Part shown: positions 14,074-27,034 of the stretch, piece by piece | Layout of the letters: every line of letters starts with the position of its first letter | How positions within the stretch are numbered: the first letter of the stretch is position 1 | Source: Styela clava | Taxonomy: Eukaryota | DNA length: 64,000 nt | Direction of reading: 5' to 3' | NCBI RefSeq assembly: GCF_964204865.1 | Contig: NC_135256.1 | Span: forward strand, 16,864,001 to 16,928,000 | Notes under the pieces: generated by a model | What the model was told of the DNA's origin: nothing | The model's database searches: none | Seen by the model: the letters and a program-made list of their open reading frames with translations, nothing else | Position numbers and translations under genes: made by a program

Positions 14074-14718
14074 TCCGATGAATATGTAATTGAAACCGAA
14101 GAATAACGTGGCGCTTTTATCCTCCTGAAATACCCGTAAAAAATTATCATAATAAAAGTCTTTTTCACTGCATTGCATGTATACAATGACCAACATATGT
14201 ACTGATAGCCTGTGTGATCGTGGTCTCGTGTACTTTCCTACATGGATACCTTCTAGTGGGCGTGGTATCACAATTTTTGGATAAATGATTCCTGACCCCC
14301 ACCTGATGACGTCATCAAAAAATTACGTCACTTCGACGTCACGATAACTAAATACAGGTTGCCAAAGTATAGCGACGGTCTCCCGTAGTGGCGCCTGCGA
14401 GTATTTTTACAAACTCAATACCCGTGGACCCGTGTGATCTACACTAAAATACGTTATTAGACCATTCGACAGCTTCAAATGGAAATCGAAAATCAGGTCA
14501 TGCTGCTGAAGCAATTTGCATTGGCACAGGTAAGATTGCAGCTGAGTAGTCAGAATCGCCGAAAGTTGTATGATTAGTCTGACGGCACTGCCAAGTGATG
14601 TTGAAATAATCGTAGAAATATCAAAACTGTTGGTGAAAAGTTGAGACTCATAGCACACAGGTAAAATTATTCGAACGCGTAAAAGTAATATACTTCAAGC
14701 GGGTTCAGCAACCGATAA

Positions 14719-14862
14719 GGGTGCTCCCGTAGTATGTGCACCAAGATGGCACACAACCTGAACATAGTATGTGTACCCGGTTAGAGATCAGGTTGTGCGC
14801 CATCTTGGCGCAATATTACCGGAGAGCCATCCATCTTTGTGCACATACTATCGAAGCGACCC
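14719..14862. mobile_element. Short hairpin MITE
   Basis: GGGTGCTCCCGTAGTATGTGCAC ... GTGCACATACTATCGAAGCGACCC inverted ends, internal inverted CAAGATGGC..ACAACCTGA / TCAGGTTGT..GCCATCTTG, flanked by direct repeat GATAA. Confidence 0.5.
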
Positions 14863-16889
14863 GATAAGTACTGAAAATTAAAAAAAAACAATCCTTCCTG
14901 CAGCGTCAGTCATCTTCGAATAATTACGGTAGACTTTGAAAACGATTGGGTTACTAGTTTCGGTGAAAGATGATTATTTTCCCATCAACAAATAACCCCG
15001 ATCACAATAACAATTTCCCTGAACGATACATATTTACACTTCGAGTCTATGAAGCACCTAACGAATATCACGAACAAATATTGTCATGCAATAAATCAAC
15101 TATTATCTGGGATATTAAAAAAAAGGACAAAATGATATATTTTGAATTTTAAACAATCGATTATTTGTAGATTGTCGTTTTAATGATAAATGTTATAAAA
15201 TATTTGAAGAAATATGAATGTAATAAGATGCAACATTTTATTAGTTTGACTTCGTCACTTCTATATTGTTTAGCACAGTAGGTAACGTTTTTAAAGTAAT
15301 AACAGCAAGCAAAGTAGAACGATTTAATTTAAACTTTCTTAAAATTAGAAACTGCTAAAACATGTTTTACGGTGGTTGAGGTAAATAACCACAAGCCAGT
15401 TTCAATATAATTTATCCAAATTTCACACCTGATTGGAAAAATTTCATTCGTTCTAATTTATTATATAAACTGTTTAGCATTTGCTGTTTTATCAATATGA
15501 ATCTATAGGAGTTTATCAAATTCTAATGAAGGGACATATGTATCACAAACTGCTGTCTTATTAAAGTGTCAGTCAAAGACTTGGGGGATTGGTGCGGTTA
15601 AGTCGCTGCCGTTGTATTCGTCGTCGTGTAACAACAGAAAAAATCTTGTTCTCCACAGCCAACCAAAATACAATACACCAACCAACAAAAAGTTCAAAAT
15701 ATTCTTTTTTAACTATAAATTGGAACCCCTAACAGAGGATAGCACTTTCTGAGACGAGATGAAATTGGAGAGAAGTGACCCCAAAACAACAACTTTTGAA
15801 AAGTAATCAAAGTTAAGTACTTTTGATTCTTCTTAACCTAATTTGCAGCGGCCATAGCTAAAATTAATCGTTACATTTTTCACAGTTTCTGATAAACGAC
15901 GACAATAATAAGAAAAATGCAAATACAATAAAATATTTCTAGTTCACGACAAAACAATATTGCGGACGAGAGAACGAACAAACCATGATTATTGGACGAA
16001 ACTAAATGGACCGATGCTATGAACCATTTAACGAAAATTATATAATTTGAAATGAAAATAAACTGAACTGACAATTAATAGTATTAACGATGAAAAACAA
16101 AAGATAATGAACGGCGTAGAGAAAGATATCTGTACTGTATTAAAGATCGCGATTTATTCAGTGGTGCAAAACAAAGGAGTGGAAAATGGGCTACACATGA
16201 TCAGAAAGTGGCACTATTAGTTATCATATTGTTTTATTCTGCATATACATCATACAGGTTTCGCTTTGATGGGGCAATCTTTACTATTCTACTATACCTA
16301 ACCTTTGTTTATATGACATTTATGCAATTCGGCTCACAATTGTTACGAAATCACTGAAAATAAGACTATTAATGTTCATTTGAGTTGCAATTAAATACAA
16401 GACCTCAATTGACTGTGCGAAGAACGACGGGGGCAAATATTCAATTTCCAGTAATCTTTATGGAATTTATAAAACATGAGAAAAAATGGCGGTCATAAAC
16501 AATTCTTTTCAAAGGACACTCATATACTTTTGAAAAGTTGATTCAATCGAATCAGACTTTAAAATAAATTTAGAGTATCACCAATAGCACTGTACATGAA
16601 AACGCTGCTCGAAATATTCGTATATACGAGTATATTTATTCAAAAATATATTAAGCGGAGCTTTACGTTTTCATAATTTCTAAAGATGGCAAATATACTC
16701 ATTTATTTCAAAAGGCGCTATTTTGACCCGACACGAGATAAGGTCAACAATGTCATAAACAAACGACGAGCAATGAGGTTATTTAACGTGGTCAAGTATA
16801 TTAAATTGCAAAAAAATTTCCAGCTGTGCATAGCAAATTTCAAAATAAAAACACTTGATAACAAACGATCATCGAATTACAAATGTTTT

Positions 16890-17250
16890 TAAGTGGATTT
16901 ATTTGTTTACAACTTTCGAATTATTATTGTCAATGTGTATCACGTATTATTATCAGTATTTTACGGTTGCAATAATCCAATTATCTCAATTTCGCATTTC
17001 CGTTTAATTCAGGGAAAGTTTCTTTGATTAGCGAAAAACAATTGCAATAGCATACTTCTGTTCTAATGAAATATTACGACATAACTTATAATAGCTTTAA
17101 AGCCAAATATGAATTTTTTCATTTGTAATACACTTTATTACACATCTAAAATTTGATTCAACACTGCGGAAAGCGTTTTTTTAGAAGTTTGGTGAATAAA
17201 AATTTTGGTATGCGCATGATTATTGAGGTAATACGAAATTAAAATAAAAA
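16890..17250 (+). repeat. Diverged, plus-oriented copy of the Tbx upstream spacer
   Basis: Aligns by eye to ~33918-34310 and ~28325-28710 (GTGGATTTATTT...; GTTTCTTTGATTAG...ACAATTGCAATAG; AAGTTTGGTGAAT...TTTTGGTATGC..ATGATT.TTGAGG). Confidence 0.65.
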
Positions 17251-17641
17251 TTAAATAGAAAGCTTCATCGGTTATAATAAGAAAAATAGGACATAATTTG
17301 ATCTTTCCTTCTGCCTTTCGACTTTAGTGCAAAATTGTAAAATAAAATTAATATTACCTTGTCTGTGGAAAGGGTGGTAACAGTTTTTAGAGCAAAGTTC
17401 TCTTTTGCTTAAATGTCTGGTTTTCAGGAACTTGAGCATGAAGACCACTATCCCTGAGATTCCCAATAATTTTGAGAATAAGAACGTTCTAATTAACAAC
17501 ATATATAACTTTCACTCGCCTACCAATCGGAATAACGAACACATAGTATATATATCTATTGGTTGATCATTTATTTTCCAAAATTTTCAAATGAAAGGAA
17601 CTATATTGGAAGGTAAATTATAAGTATTTGTAAAATAAAAC

Positions 17642-19139
17642 TCATGATTCGATTCCAAACAGAAATTTCGAAACATCATCATTATCTAAAAATTCAGCTG
17701 GAGATGCTGAAACATATCCCGGATCGTCATAATATACAATATTGTCATTACACAATTCATCTAACAAGTTGTCTTTCCACAAAGTCTCGATGTGGTCGAC
17801 TCTTTCCAAACTTTGTGGAGATTGTGTTTCGTTAATTGTTGCAGAATCGCCAGAGTAGAGTGTTTGGTGATCATAATCCTGTGACGCAATTGAGTTGGGA
17901 GAATTGAAATACATTTGTAAAGGCTGGTGAGTTGGAGTATTGTTTTTGTAGATATTGGGTGGGCAATGTTCTTGCGACCGAAAACAGAAATCTGTATTGT
18001 CCACTGCAAAAGATGAATTATAATGAATATAGCTACGTTCCAATTCTTGTTGTTGATCCCATTTGCATACTTTCTTTGTTTCTAAAACGTTATGGAAATA
18101 TTCATCCTCATTTGAGCACGTTCTTTTATTTTTCCGTTTTCCATCAGCACGGAATCCTTTAGCATATGGATTGTTTTTTATTTTAAGTTGAGAAAGTTCG
18201 GAATTTTGATAAGCTGTTACAGTGATGAAAGTTGTTTGTGGAAATTCAAATGTTTGAATATTATGTTGATTGTCTGATCTTGAGAGGTGAACACGAATTT
18301 GATACCGATGCATTGAGTGGAGAACAATCTGAAAAAATAATGCAAATACGTTATGAAAAACGGTGCAGAATATTTACTATACACTTTTTTATACATTGAG
18401 ATATTAGTGAATGAAAATAAAATTTATATTCACGTACCGTATCATGGGATCGATTTGCAGTATTATTTGTAAGCTTGACTTTATGAAATGACACAATTTC
18501 TTCCATCAATTTTTGTCCAGTAACTTCGGAAATTGGATGGACGTAGTGGTTTTGTATATGGGAAATTTCTCCTTTTCCACCGACAATCCATTGCCCGCTC
18601 TAATGAAATAAAGTGTTGTATTATAGTATGTTATATAAAATTATGCTTTTAATTTATTTAAGCGAATTTCTTATGAATTACAAACCTGAAACCTATATCG
18701 ATTCGAATCAATCTGGACGATGTCAAGCATCACGTTGTAAAGCGCATTTGGATCCAATCCTGAAAACTTTACTCGATAGCCTGGAAATATTCTCCTGCAA
18801 TAATTAAGATTGTTGAAATAATGCAAAACAGAAATATATTGAAAACAAATCTGAAAATAATAAGAACTGTTTTTACCTTCCTTTCTTTGTCAACACCATT
18901 TCAGTCCCAACATCAGAAAACTTTTGCCAAAGTTCTTCGTCGCACAGACGAGCATTAATGTTGGTTATTAAATTAGGTGGGTTTGTTGCTTGGAATTGCA
19001 ACATATTATTATTGGGATGATTTACTGGAGCTGTGGCTTCCAATGTCGATTCCGGTTGCTCTGTATAATTAGAACCATAGCCCCACGAAGTAAGATCTTG
19101 CACCCATTGGTTTTGATGATTTTGTTGAAAGCGAAACAT
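17642..19139 (-). CDS. Tbx6-r: T-box transcription factor, Tbx6-related (copy A, 406 aa)
   Basis: Exons 19139-18877, 18794-18686, 18599-18438, 18328-17642, all GT-AG and in frame; T-box [27 protein letters not shown]...[10 protein letters not shown]...LHSMHRYQ...[27 protein letters not shown] and SFHKVKLTN resemble ascidian Tbx6-related proteins. Confidence 0.9.
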
Positions 19140-19355
19140 TATTTACAATGGTAATCGTTGGTCTGTGCACGAATCTGATGAATGAAAACGAAGTTAACTT
19201 CATCTAGTTATATACCAATTACATCATGACATTACTGTTATTTTATCATCCATGTCTGTATATTGCGTATTGTTATCTTCATTTTACAATGACTAGCATC
19301 TGGTTATCTGCATCAGTCGTTTCCTTTTCATCAAGGGAGATTTTCCTTGCCTCAT

Positions 19356-20510
19356 CTCAGCATGCTACTGCAGTACAACTACCAATTCTTTGATAAGAGT
19401 CCATCACAATTGCTATAACATGCTGAGTCGGTAAATCTTTTTGTTGTGACAAATTTTCTACGTTGTGATCACAAGCAATAATGATATTTGAAAATTCAAT
19501 CAAGTTTTAAGTTTATTTTTTTTACAGATTGTACATGAGATATTCTGATACGCTTCAAAATATATTTTAATGGAGAACAAGGTTATTTGTGCCAAGTGAA
19601 GTCATGTTTATTTTTTCTAACCAAGAAAAAGTCAGTTTTGCAAAAAATACGAAGACAAGAGATAATCATACATTTCAACTGGGGAAGGGAAGCCGCGAGG
19701 AACAATGAAAACTCGTATAAAGGAAGCTTCAATATCTTAATGCGGTCAACGAATATTTTATCAAAACATAATCTTTTTAATAATAATTTCAGATAAGAAA
19801 AGAAGGTCGTTATAATTGGGAGAAGTCATCTTCCGGATTTAAACTGTTATCGGTTGTCTGATATCATTTAAGAAAAACCAAAGAATTACTGACTCAGCAT
19901 GCTATTGCAATTGTTATTTACTAATCAAAGAAACTCTATCTTGAATAAACGGCAATGTGAAATGCAGATAATTTTATTATTGCAACTTTATAATAAAGAT
20001 AATAATCCGTAATATACAGTAATATACAATAAGTTTAAAGCTTGTTACCAGGATAACATTACTTAGAGTCGAGGAGACTCGATTTTTTTTTCATTCAAAC
20101 TGTTATCGGTTATCCCATTTCAAAAGAACAAACGAATTACCGACTCAGCATGATATTGCAATTGTTTTCTATTAATCAAAGAAACTCGTTATTGATTAAA
20201 CGAAAATGACAAATGTAAATAATTTGATTATCCCTACTAAAAAATAAAAATTATAATACGTAGTGTGTAACTCGTAAATAAATAAATTAGGATTTTTTCA
20301 TATCTACTTATCATAAATTTTAGTGATCATCATCAATTTTATCTAATTTGAACAGTATATACAAACATATTGGAAATAGAACGAGAAAAAATAAATCATT
20401 GGCCGCCTGATGTCACATATATTTCCCCATATAAATTTCTTACAATTTTTTTAAATCAAAGGATTCGCTGACTCAGTATGATATTGCTATTTTTACTTAT
20501 CAAACAATTG
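19356..20510. promoter_or_regulatory. Upstream region of Tbx copy A with repeated ACTCAGCATG...ATCAAAG modules
   Basis: Modules at 19388-19428 (inverted), 19892-19930, 20143-20181 and degenerate 20470-20505; conserved in the other full units. A TATA-like GTATATAA/TATATAA lies ~75 nt upstream of the ATG in most copies. Confidence 0.5.
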
Positions 20511-21289
20511 TTCCCTCCGCATCGGAAAAACTTCAGAAAATCTGTCAATTTGAGGGCGCAATTGACAGTTGCTAAAAATCAACATAAAAAGGATCCTGAT
20601 TTCAATGCTGTTCTGTCATAACTTTGGAATATGTAATATATTTACGGCATTGTGGACGGCTTATACTTTGACGACCTTTCAGTGGGTTCTGGAAAAAATT
20701 TCATGTAGCTTTTGTGTCCAATAATTGCTCTAAGTTAGCATGACGTTTTCATTCTTTTGTGGTTCATACAAGATAGTTTGGCTGGTCAGTATTTGTGGCA
20801 CAGATTCAAGTTGCATAGTTTTGTCTAAAGGTGAAAAACGTCTAGAGTAAAAAATTATTTTCCTATCTTCTAGCCTGGTAAGCTTTATATCAAATTTAAA
20901 GCTTCCATAATCAATTTGGTTATATTGAGAAAATTACGATGTAATTTGGTCGTTTTTTCTGCTCTTCGCCTTTAGTGCAAAATTGTAAATCAAAATTAAT
21001 ATTACGTCATATTTGGGAAGGGTGGTTACAGTTTTTAGAGAAAAGTTCTCTCTCACCTAAATGTCTGGTTTTCAGGCGCTTGAGCATGAAGACCACTATC
21101 CCTGAGATTCCCAATAATTTTGAGAATAAGAACGTTCTAATTAACAACATATATAACTTTCACTCGCCTACCAATCGGAATAACGAACACATAGTATATA
21201 TATCTATTGGTTGATCATTTATTTTCCAAAATTTTCAAATAAAAGGAACTATATTGGAAGGTAAATTATAAGTATTTGTAAAATAAAAC

Positions 21290-22791
21290 TCATGATTCGA
21301 TTCCAAACAGAAATTTCGAAACATCATCATTATCTAAAAATTCAGCTGGAGATGCTGAAACATATCCCGGATCGTCATAATATACAATATTGTCATTACA
21401 CAATTCATCTAACAAGTTGTCTTTCCACAAAGTCTCGATGTGGTCGACTCTTTCCAAACTTTGTGGAGATTGTGTTTCGTTAATTGTTGCAGAATCGCCA
21501 GAGTAGAGTGTTTGATGATCATAATCCTGCGACGCAATTGAGTTGGGAGAATTGAAATACATTTGTAAAGGCTGGTGAGTTGGAGTATTGTTTTTGTAGA
21601 TATTCAGTGGGCAATGTTCTTGCGATCGAAAACAGAAATCTGTATTGTCCACTGCAAAAGATGAATTATAATGAATATTGTAGCTACGTTCCAATTCTTG
21701 TTGTTGATTCCATTTGCATACTTTCTTTGTTTCCAAAACGTTATGGAAATATTCATCCTCATTTGAGCACGTCCTTTTGTTTTTCCGTTTTCCATCAGCA
21801 CGGAATCCTTTAGCATATGGATTGTTTTTTATTTTAAGTTGAGAAAGTTCGGAATTTTGATAAGCTGTTACAGTGATGAAAGTTGTTTGTGGAAATTCAA
21901 ATGTTTGAATACTTTGTTGATTGTCTGATCTTGAGAGGTGAACACGAATTTGATACCGATGCATTGAATGGAGAACAATCTGAAAAAATAATGCAAATAC
22001 GTTATGAAAGACGGTTCAGAATATTTACTGCCCTTTTTATACATTGAGATATTAGTGAATAAAACCAAAATTATTATTTACGTACCGTATCATGGGATCG
22101 ATTTGCAGTAGTATTTGTAAGCTTGACTTTATGAAATGATACAATTTCTTCCATCAATTTTTGTCCAGTAACTTCGGAAATTGGATGGACGTAGTGGTTT
22201 TGTATATGGGGAATTTCTCCTTTTCCACCGACAATCCATTGCCCGCTCTAATGAAATAAAGTGTTCTTTTATAATATATTATATAAAATATAAAATACTA
22301 TGAATTTATTTAGGAGATTTTCTTATGAATTACAAACCTGAAACCTATATCGATTCGAATCAATCTGGACGATGTCAAGCATCACGTTGTAAAGCGCAAT
22401 TGGATCCAATCCTGAAAACTTTACTCGATAGCCTGGAAATATTCTCCTGCAAAAATTAAGATTGTTAAAGTTATGCAAAACAGAAATATATTAAAAACAA
22501 ATCTGAAAATACTAAGAACTGTTTTTACCTTCCTTTCTTTGTCAACACCATTTCAGTCCCAACATCAGAAAACTTTTGCCAAAGTTCTTCGTCGCATAGA
22601 CGAGCATTGATGTTGGTTATTAAATTAGGTGGGTTTGTTGCTTGGAATTGCAACATATTATTATTGGGATGATTTACTGAAGCTGTGGCTTCCAATGTCG
22701 ATTCAGGTTGCTCTGTATAAATAGAACTATAGCTCCACGAAGTAAGATCTTGCACCCATTGATTTTGATGATTTTGTTGAAAGCGAAACAT
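21290..22791 (-). CDS. Tbx6-r: T-box transcription factor, Tbx6-related (copy B, 407 aa)
   Basis: Exons 22791-22529, 22446-22338, 22247-22086, 21979-21290; intact frame. Confidence 0.9.
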
Positions 22792-25532
22792 TATTTACAA
22801 TGGTAATCGTTGGTCTGTGCACAAATCTGATGAATGAAAACGAAGTTAACTTCATCCCGTTTTATACCAATTACATCATGACATTACTGTTATTTTATCA
22901 TACATGTCTGTATATTGCGTATTGTTATCTTCATTTTACAATGACTAGCATCTGGTTATCTACATCAGTCGTTTCCTTTTCATCAAGGGAGATTTTCCTT
23001 GCCTCATCTCAGCATGCTACTGCAGTACAACTACCAATTCTTTGATAAGAGTCCATCACAGTTGCTATAACATGCTGAGTCGGTAAATCTTTTTGTTGTG
23101 ACAAATTTTTTGCGTTGTGATCACAAGAAATAATGATATTTGAAAATTCTATCAAGTTCTAAGTTTAGTTTTTTTAAAGTTTGGACATGAGAAATTCTGA
23201 TACGCCTTAAAATATATTTTGGTGGAGAACAAGGTTATTTGTGCCAAGTGAAGACAAGTTTATTTTTTTCAAATGGTAAAAAAGTCAGTTTTACAAAAAA
23301 TACGAAGACAAAATATAATCAAACATTTCAACTGAGGAAGGGAAGCCGCGAAGGACCATATAAACTCATATAAAAGTAGCTTCAATATCTTAATACGGTC
23401 AACGAATATTTTATCAAAACATAATTTTTTTATGGCTAACATCACAAAAATCTGGCCTCAAAAAAAATGCAATAAAGGGTCGGCTGTTTTATAAGTTGCA
23501 TAAACTCCATGATGTTGATATTTTTGCACAAAATTTTAAAGACCAAAATATGTTAAATTATAAAAACTTGCGCAGCAGGGATCTTGAATGAAAACTTCGC
23601 GTTGGCTATATGTACTGTATTAGAGTATGTACAGTAGAGTATGTACTGGCCATTTGTATCGTTTTGCTAAATCATCGTCACAGCTGTACTTCGATTTTGT
23701 TTTGCGAACTCGATACTCTGCAACATTTCGATATCTCGTAGTTAGTTATTGAGTCTTCGTGTCCATTGCTCTGAAGAATATATTAAGATAAAATAATAAG
23801 ATCAAAAATCATTTTTTTATTGTGATGATAACGTATAGATATGCTGAGGAAATTACAGTTTTAGCATTATTCGCATCACATTTATTTCTTTTCCTCATTG
23901 CCTCAAAAATCATATGCATACCAAAATTTATAAAACACGATGTGTCATTCACCAAAGATGTATAAAATTTCTCACGTATTAATTATATCAAATTTTAGAT
24001 GAGAAATGAAGTTCGTTATGATTGGAAGAAAGTTATCTTCCGCATTTAAACTGTTATCGATTGTCTCATATCATTTCAGGAGAACAAAAGAATTACTGAC
24101 TCAGCTTGCTATTGCAATTGTTATTTACTAATCAAAGAAACTCTATCTTGAATAAACAGCATTTAAAAATGCAGATAATTGTATTATAGCAACTTTATGA
24201 TAGAGATAATAATGCGTAATATACAGTCATCAACATCAAGAATTCGGAAATTGAAATTCGAGAAATGTTGATATATAAATACACTCAAACGAACTTGTCA
24301 ATAAATTTAAAGCTTGTTATCAAGACAGTATTATTTAGAGTCGAACTCGAGTTATTTTTTATTCAAACTCTTATCGGTTATCCAATATCATTTTAGGAGA
24401 ACAAACGAATTACCGACTCATCATGATATTGCAATTGTTTTCTACTAATCAAAGAAACTCGTTATTGATTAAACGGAAATGACTAATGTAGATAATTTGA
24501 TTATCCCTACTAGAAAATAAAAATTATAATAAGTAGTGTGTAACTCGTAAATAAATATATTAGGATTGCTTCAAATCTACTTATCATAAATTTTATAAGA
24601 TCTGAACAGTATATACATACATATTGGAAATAGAACAAAAAAAAAAAAAAATTATTCGCCGCATGATGTCACTTATATTTCTCCATACATATTCCTGGCA
24701 AATTTGATGAATCAAAGGATTCACTGACTCAGTATGATATTGCTATTTTTACTTATCAAACAATTGTTCCTCCTTATCGGAAAGACTTTGGAAAATCTGT
24801 CTTTTGAAGGCGAAATTGATGCCAAATCAACATAAAACGGATCCTGATTTTAACGCTGTTCTGTCATAACTTTGGAATATGTATTGGATTTACGGCATCG
24901 TGGATGGCTTATACTTTGACGACCTTCAGTGGGTCCTGGAAATAATTTCATGTAGCTTTTGTTATTAATAATTTCTCTAAGTTAGCATGACGCTTTTATT
25001 CCTCTGTGGTTCATACAAGATAGTTTGACCGGTGAGTATATGTGGCACAGATTCAAGTTGCATAGATTTGTCTAAAGGTGAAAAATGTCTAGAGTGAAAA
25101 ATCATTTTCCTATTTTCTAGCCTGGTAAGCTTTAACTCAAATTGAGAGATCAATAATCAATTCGGTTATATTAAGAAAAAATACAACACAATTTGGTCTT
25201 TCTTTCTGCCTTTCGTCTTTAGTGCAAAATTGTAAAATAAAATTAATATTACCTCGTCTTAGGGAAGGGTGGTAACAGTTTTTAGAGAAAAGTTCTCTTT
25301 CACTTAAATGTCTGGTTTTCAGGAGCTTGAGCATGAAGACCCCTATTCCTGAGATTCCCAATAATTTTGAAAACAGGAAGGTTTTAATTAACAACATATA
25401 AAACTTTCACTCGCCTACCAATCGGAATAACGAACACGTAGTATATCTATCGGTTGATCATTTATTTTCCAAAATTTTCAAATAAAAGGAACTATATTGG
25501 AAGTTAAATTATAAGTATTTGTAAAATAAAAC

Positions 25533-27034
25533 TCATGATTCGATTCCAAACAGAAACTTCGAAACATCATCATTATCTAAAAATTCAGCTGGAGATGCTA
25601 AAACATATCCCGGATCGTCATAATATACAATATTGTCATTACACAATTCATCTAACAAGTTGTCTTTCCACAAAGTCTCGATGTGGTCGACTCTTTCCAA
25701 ACTTTGTGGAGATTGTGTTTCGTTAATTGTTGCAGAATCGCCAGAGTAGAGTGTTTGATGATCATAATCCCGCGACGCAATTGAGTTGGGAGAATTGAAA
25801 TACATTTGTAAAGGCTGGTAAGTTGGAATATTGTTTTTGTCGATATTGAGTGGGCAATGTTCTTGCGACCGAAAACAGAAATCTGTATTGTCCACTGCAA
25901 AAAATGAATTATAATGAATACTGTAGCTACGTTCCAATTCTTTTTGTTGATCCCATTTGCATACTTTCTTTGTTTCCAAAACGTTATGGAAATATTCATC
26001 CTCATTTGAGCACGTCCTTTTGTTTTTCCGTTTTCCATCAGCACGGAATCCTTTAGCATATGGATTGTTTTTTATTTTAAGTTGAGAAAGTTCGGAATTT
26101 TGATAAGCTGTTACAGTGATGAAAAATGTTTGTGGAAATTCAAATGTTTGAATACTTTGTTGATTGTCTGATCTTGAGAGGTGAACACGAATTTGATACC
26201 GATGCATTGAATGGAGAACAATCTGAAAAAATAATGCAAATACGTTATGAAAGACGGTTCAGAATATTTACTGCCCTTTTTATACATTGAGATATTAGTG
26301 AATAAAACCAAAATTATTATTTACGTACCGTATCATGGGATCGATTTGCAGTAGTATTTGTAAGCTTGACTTTATGAAATAATACAATTTCTTCCATCAA
26401 TTTTTGTCCAGTAACTTCGGAAATTGGATGGACGTAGTGGTTTTGTATATGGGAAATTTCTCCTTTTCCACCGACAATCCATCGCCCGCTCTAATGAAAT
26501 AAAGTGTTCTTTTATAATCTATTATATAAAATATAAAATACTATGAATTTATTTAAGAGATTTTCTTATGAATTACAAACCTGAAACCTATATCGGTTCG
26601 AATCAATCTGGACAATGTCAAGCATCACGTTGTAAAGCGCATTTGGATCCAATCCTGAAAACTTTACTCGATAGCCTGGAAATATTCTCCTGCAAAAATT
26701 AAGATTGTTAAAATTATGCAAAACAGAAATATATTAAAAACAAATCTGAAAATACTAAGAACTGTTTTTACCTTCCTTTCTTTGTCAACACCATTTCAGT
26801 CCCAACATCAGAAAACTTTTGCCAAAGTTCTTCGTCGCACAGACGAGCATTAATGTTGGTTATTAAATTAGGTGGGTTTGTTGGTTGGAATTGCAACATA
26901 TTATTATTGGGATGATTTACTGAAGCTGTGGCTTCCAATGTCGATTCAGGTTGCTCTGTATAAATAGAGCCATAGCTCCACGAAGTAAGATCTTGCATCC
27001 ATTGATTTTGATGATTTTGTTGAAAGCGAAACAT
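25533..27034 (-). CDS. Tbx6-r: T-box transcription factor, Tbx6-related (copy C, 407 aa)
   Basis: Exons 27034-26772, 26689-26581, 26490-26329, 26222-25533; intact frame. Confidence 0.9.

Noticed and set aside
17272-17502. Recurrent short ORFs around the Tbx units (MLLIRTF..., MIRFQTE..., MVIVGLC..., MCQVKSS...)
   Set aside because: Antisense or off-frame shadows, repeated only because the DNA is duplicated; variable stops and no motifs.
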